A DNA stretch of 63,938 nucleotides, counting the filler, from Octopus bimaculoides (taxonomy: Eukaryota): assembly GCF_001194135.2 (NCBI RefSeq). It is 4 parts of 3 records of this genome, joined end to end, with 100 filler letters (N's around TTAATTAATTAA, not from the genome) between each part and the next. Parts side by side here need not be neighbours in the genome. Positions count along the whole stretch, not along the records: positions 62,936 to 63,938 come from NC_069000.1; 3 more parts are not named here. One strand, given 5' to 3'. Of the stretch, positions 62,836 to 63,938 are shown one piece after another (positions within the stretch are counted from its first letter, which is position 1; each line of letters opens with the position of its first letter). The notes below the pieces were generated by a model, which was given only the letters and a program-made list of their open reading frames with translations, searched no databases and had not been told where the DNA came from. Made by a program: the position numbers and the translations under genes.

Positions 62836-62935
62836 NNNNNNNNNNNNNNNNNNNNNNNNNNNNNNNNNNNNNNNNNNNNTTAATTAATTAANNNNNNNNN
62901 NNNNNNNNNNNNNNNNNNNNNNNNNNNNNNNNNNN
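62836..62935. other. Artificial scaffold linker
   Basis: N44-TTAATTAATTAA-N44. Confidence 0.97.
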
Positions 62936-62937
62936 AA

Positions 62938-63044
<107 letters not shown>

Positions 63045-63493
63045 GGCGGCGAGCTGGCAGAATCGTTAGCACACCGAGCAAAACGCTTCGCGGCATTTCG
63101 CCCGTCACTACGTTCTAAGTTCAAATTCCGTCGACTTTGACTTTCATCCTTTCGGGGTCGACAAATCAAGTACCAGTTGAATACTGGGGTCGATGTGATC
63201 GACTGTCCCCCTCCCCACAAAATCCAGGCTTTGTGCCTATAGTAGAAAGCATTATTATTATTATTATTATTGTTATTATTAAAGCTGATAGCTGGCACAA
63301 TTTGTCCACACACCAGACAAAATGCTTAGCGGCATTTCGTCTGTCTTAACGTTCTGAGTTCAAGTGCTGACGAGGTCGACTTTGCCTTTCATCCTTTCGG
63401 AATCGATAAAATAAGTAGCAAGCTGAGCACTGGGATCGATGTAATCGACTTGACCCCAATCTCAATATTTCACATCCCTAAATCCCTAAAGTA

Positions 63494-63780
63494 CAGGGTG
63501 TCCACAAAGTCTGGGTACATGGAGATTAACACATACTTTTAAAACAATTTTATTTAATTATAATGTTAATAAATGATATTTTCAGAATGATTTCAATCAC
63601 TTTCAATGCATAACTTGATGCGTCTTGCAAAATTCAGGTGAACTCGATTAAATAAGTCTACATTGCCATCGATTTCAGCACACTGACTGATAATGCGTTC
63701 TCTCATGTGGCTTAAATTTGTAATCTTTATTGAGTTATGATTTTATTTACTCCATGTACCCAGACTTTGTGAACACCTTG
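63494..63780. mobile_element. 287-bp Tc1/mariner-superfamily MITE (CAGGGTG-type TIRs, TA TSD)
   Basis: 31-bp TIRs CAGGGTGTCCACAAAGTCTGGGTACATGGAG (29/31 match) flanked by TA. The minus-strand interior reads like a transposase C-terminus (KITNLSHMRERIISQCAEID...NFARRIKLCI). Confidence 0.9.
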
Positions 63781-63938
63781 TAGAAAGGAAAAGAATACTG
63801 ATGGTTCCATAAGGCTACGAGCTGGCAGAATCGTTACCGCGGCGGACAAAATGTTTTGCGGCATTTCGTCCGTCTTTACGTTCTAGGTTCAAATGCCGCC
63901 GGGGTCGACCTTTTTTTTTTTCATCCTTCCAGGGGTCG

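Overview
AT-rich, microsatellite- and retroposon-dense eukaryotic genomic DNA. The SINE/LINE repertoire looks like an octopus (coleoid cephalopod) draft assembly; this is inference from repeat families. Three identical 100-bp linkers (N44-TTAATTAATTAA-N44) split the window into four joined pieces: 1-21654, 21755-42818, 42919-62835 and 62936-63938. Two protein genes are well supported. (1) A C/EBP-gamma-like bZIP gene with a single coding exon (7655-8056, minus). (2) An SLC35C2 nucleotide-sugar-transporter gene (plus, 47788-58741): 8 of 9 coding exons are readable with consistent splice phases, and exon 2 probably lies in an N gap. The rest comprises two decayed mariner elements with TIRs, a Tc1/mariner-type MITE nested in a SINE, a Merlin (IS1595-like) transposase remnant, RTE-clade LINE fragments, three tRNA-derived SINE families and several fold-back elements. 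The most interesting unexplained structures are minimal type I hammerhead-ribozyme motifs in short Penelope-like repeats (one with an intact core, two sharing a U4C core variant), tandem H-type-pseudoknot-like units in the LINE 3' UTR, and long hairpins in SLC35C2 introns. CpG decay in SINE copies appears to outline methylated gene bodies. I found no convincing novel multi-gene system.
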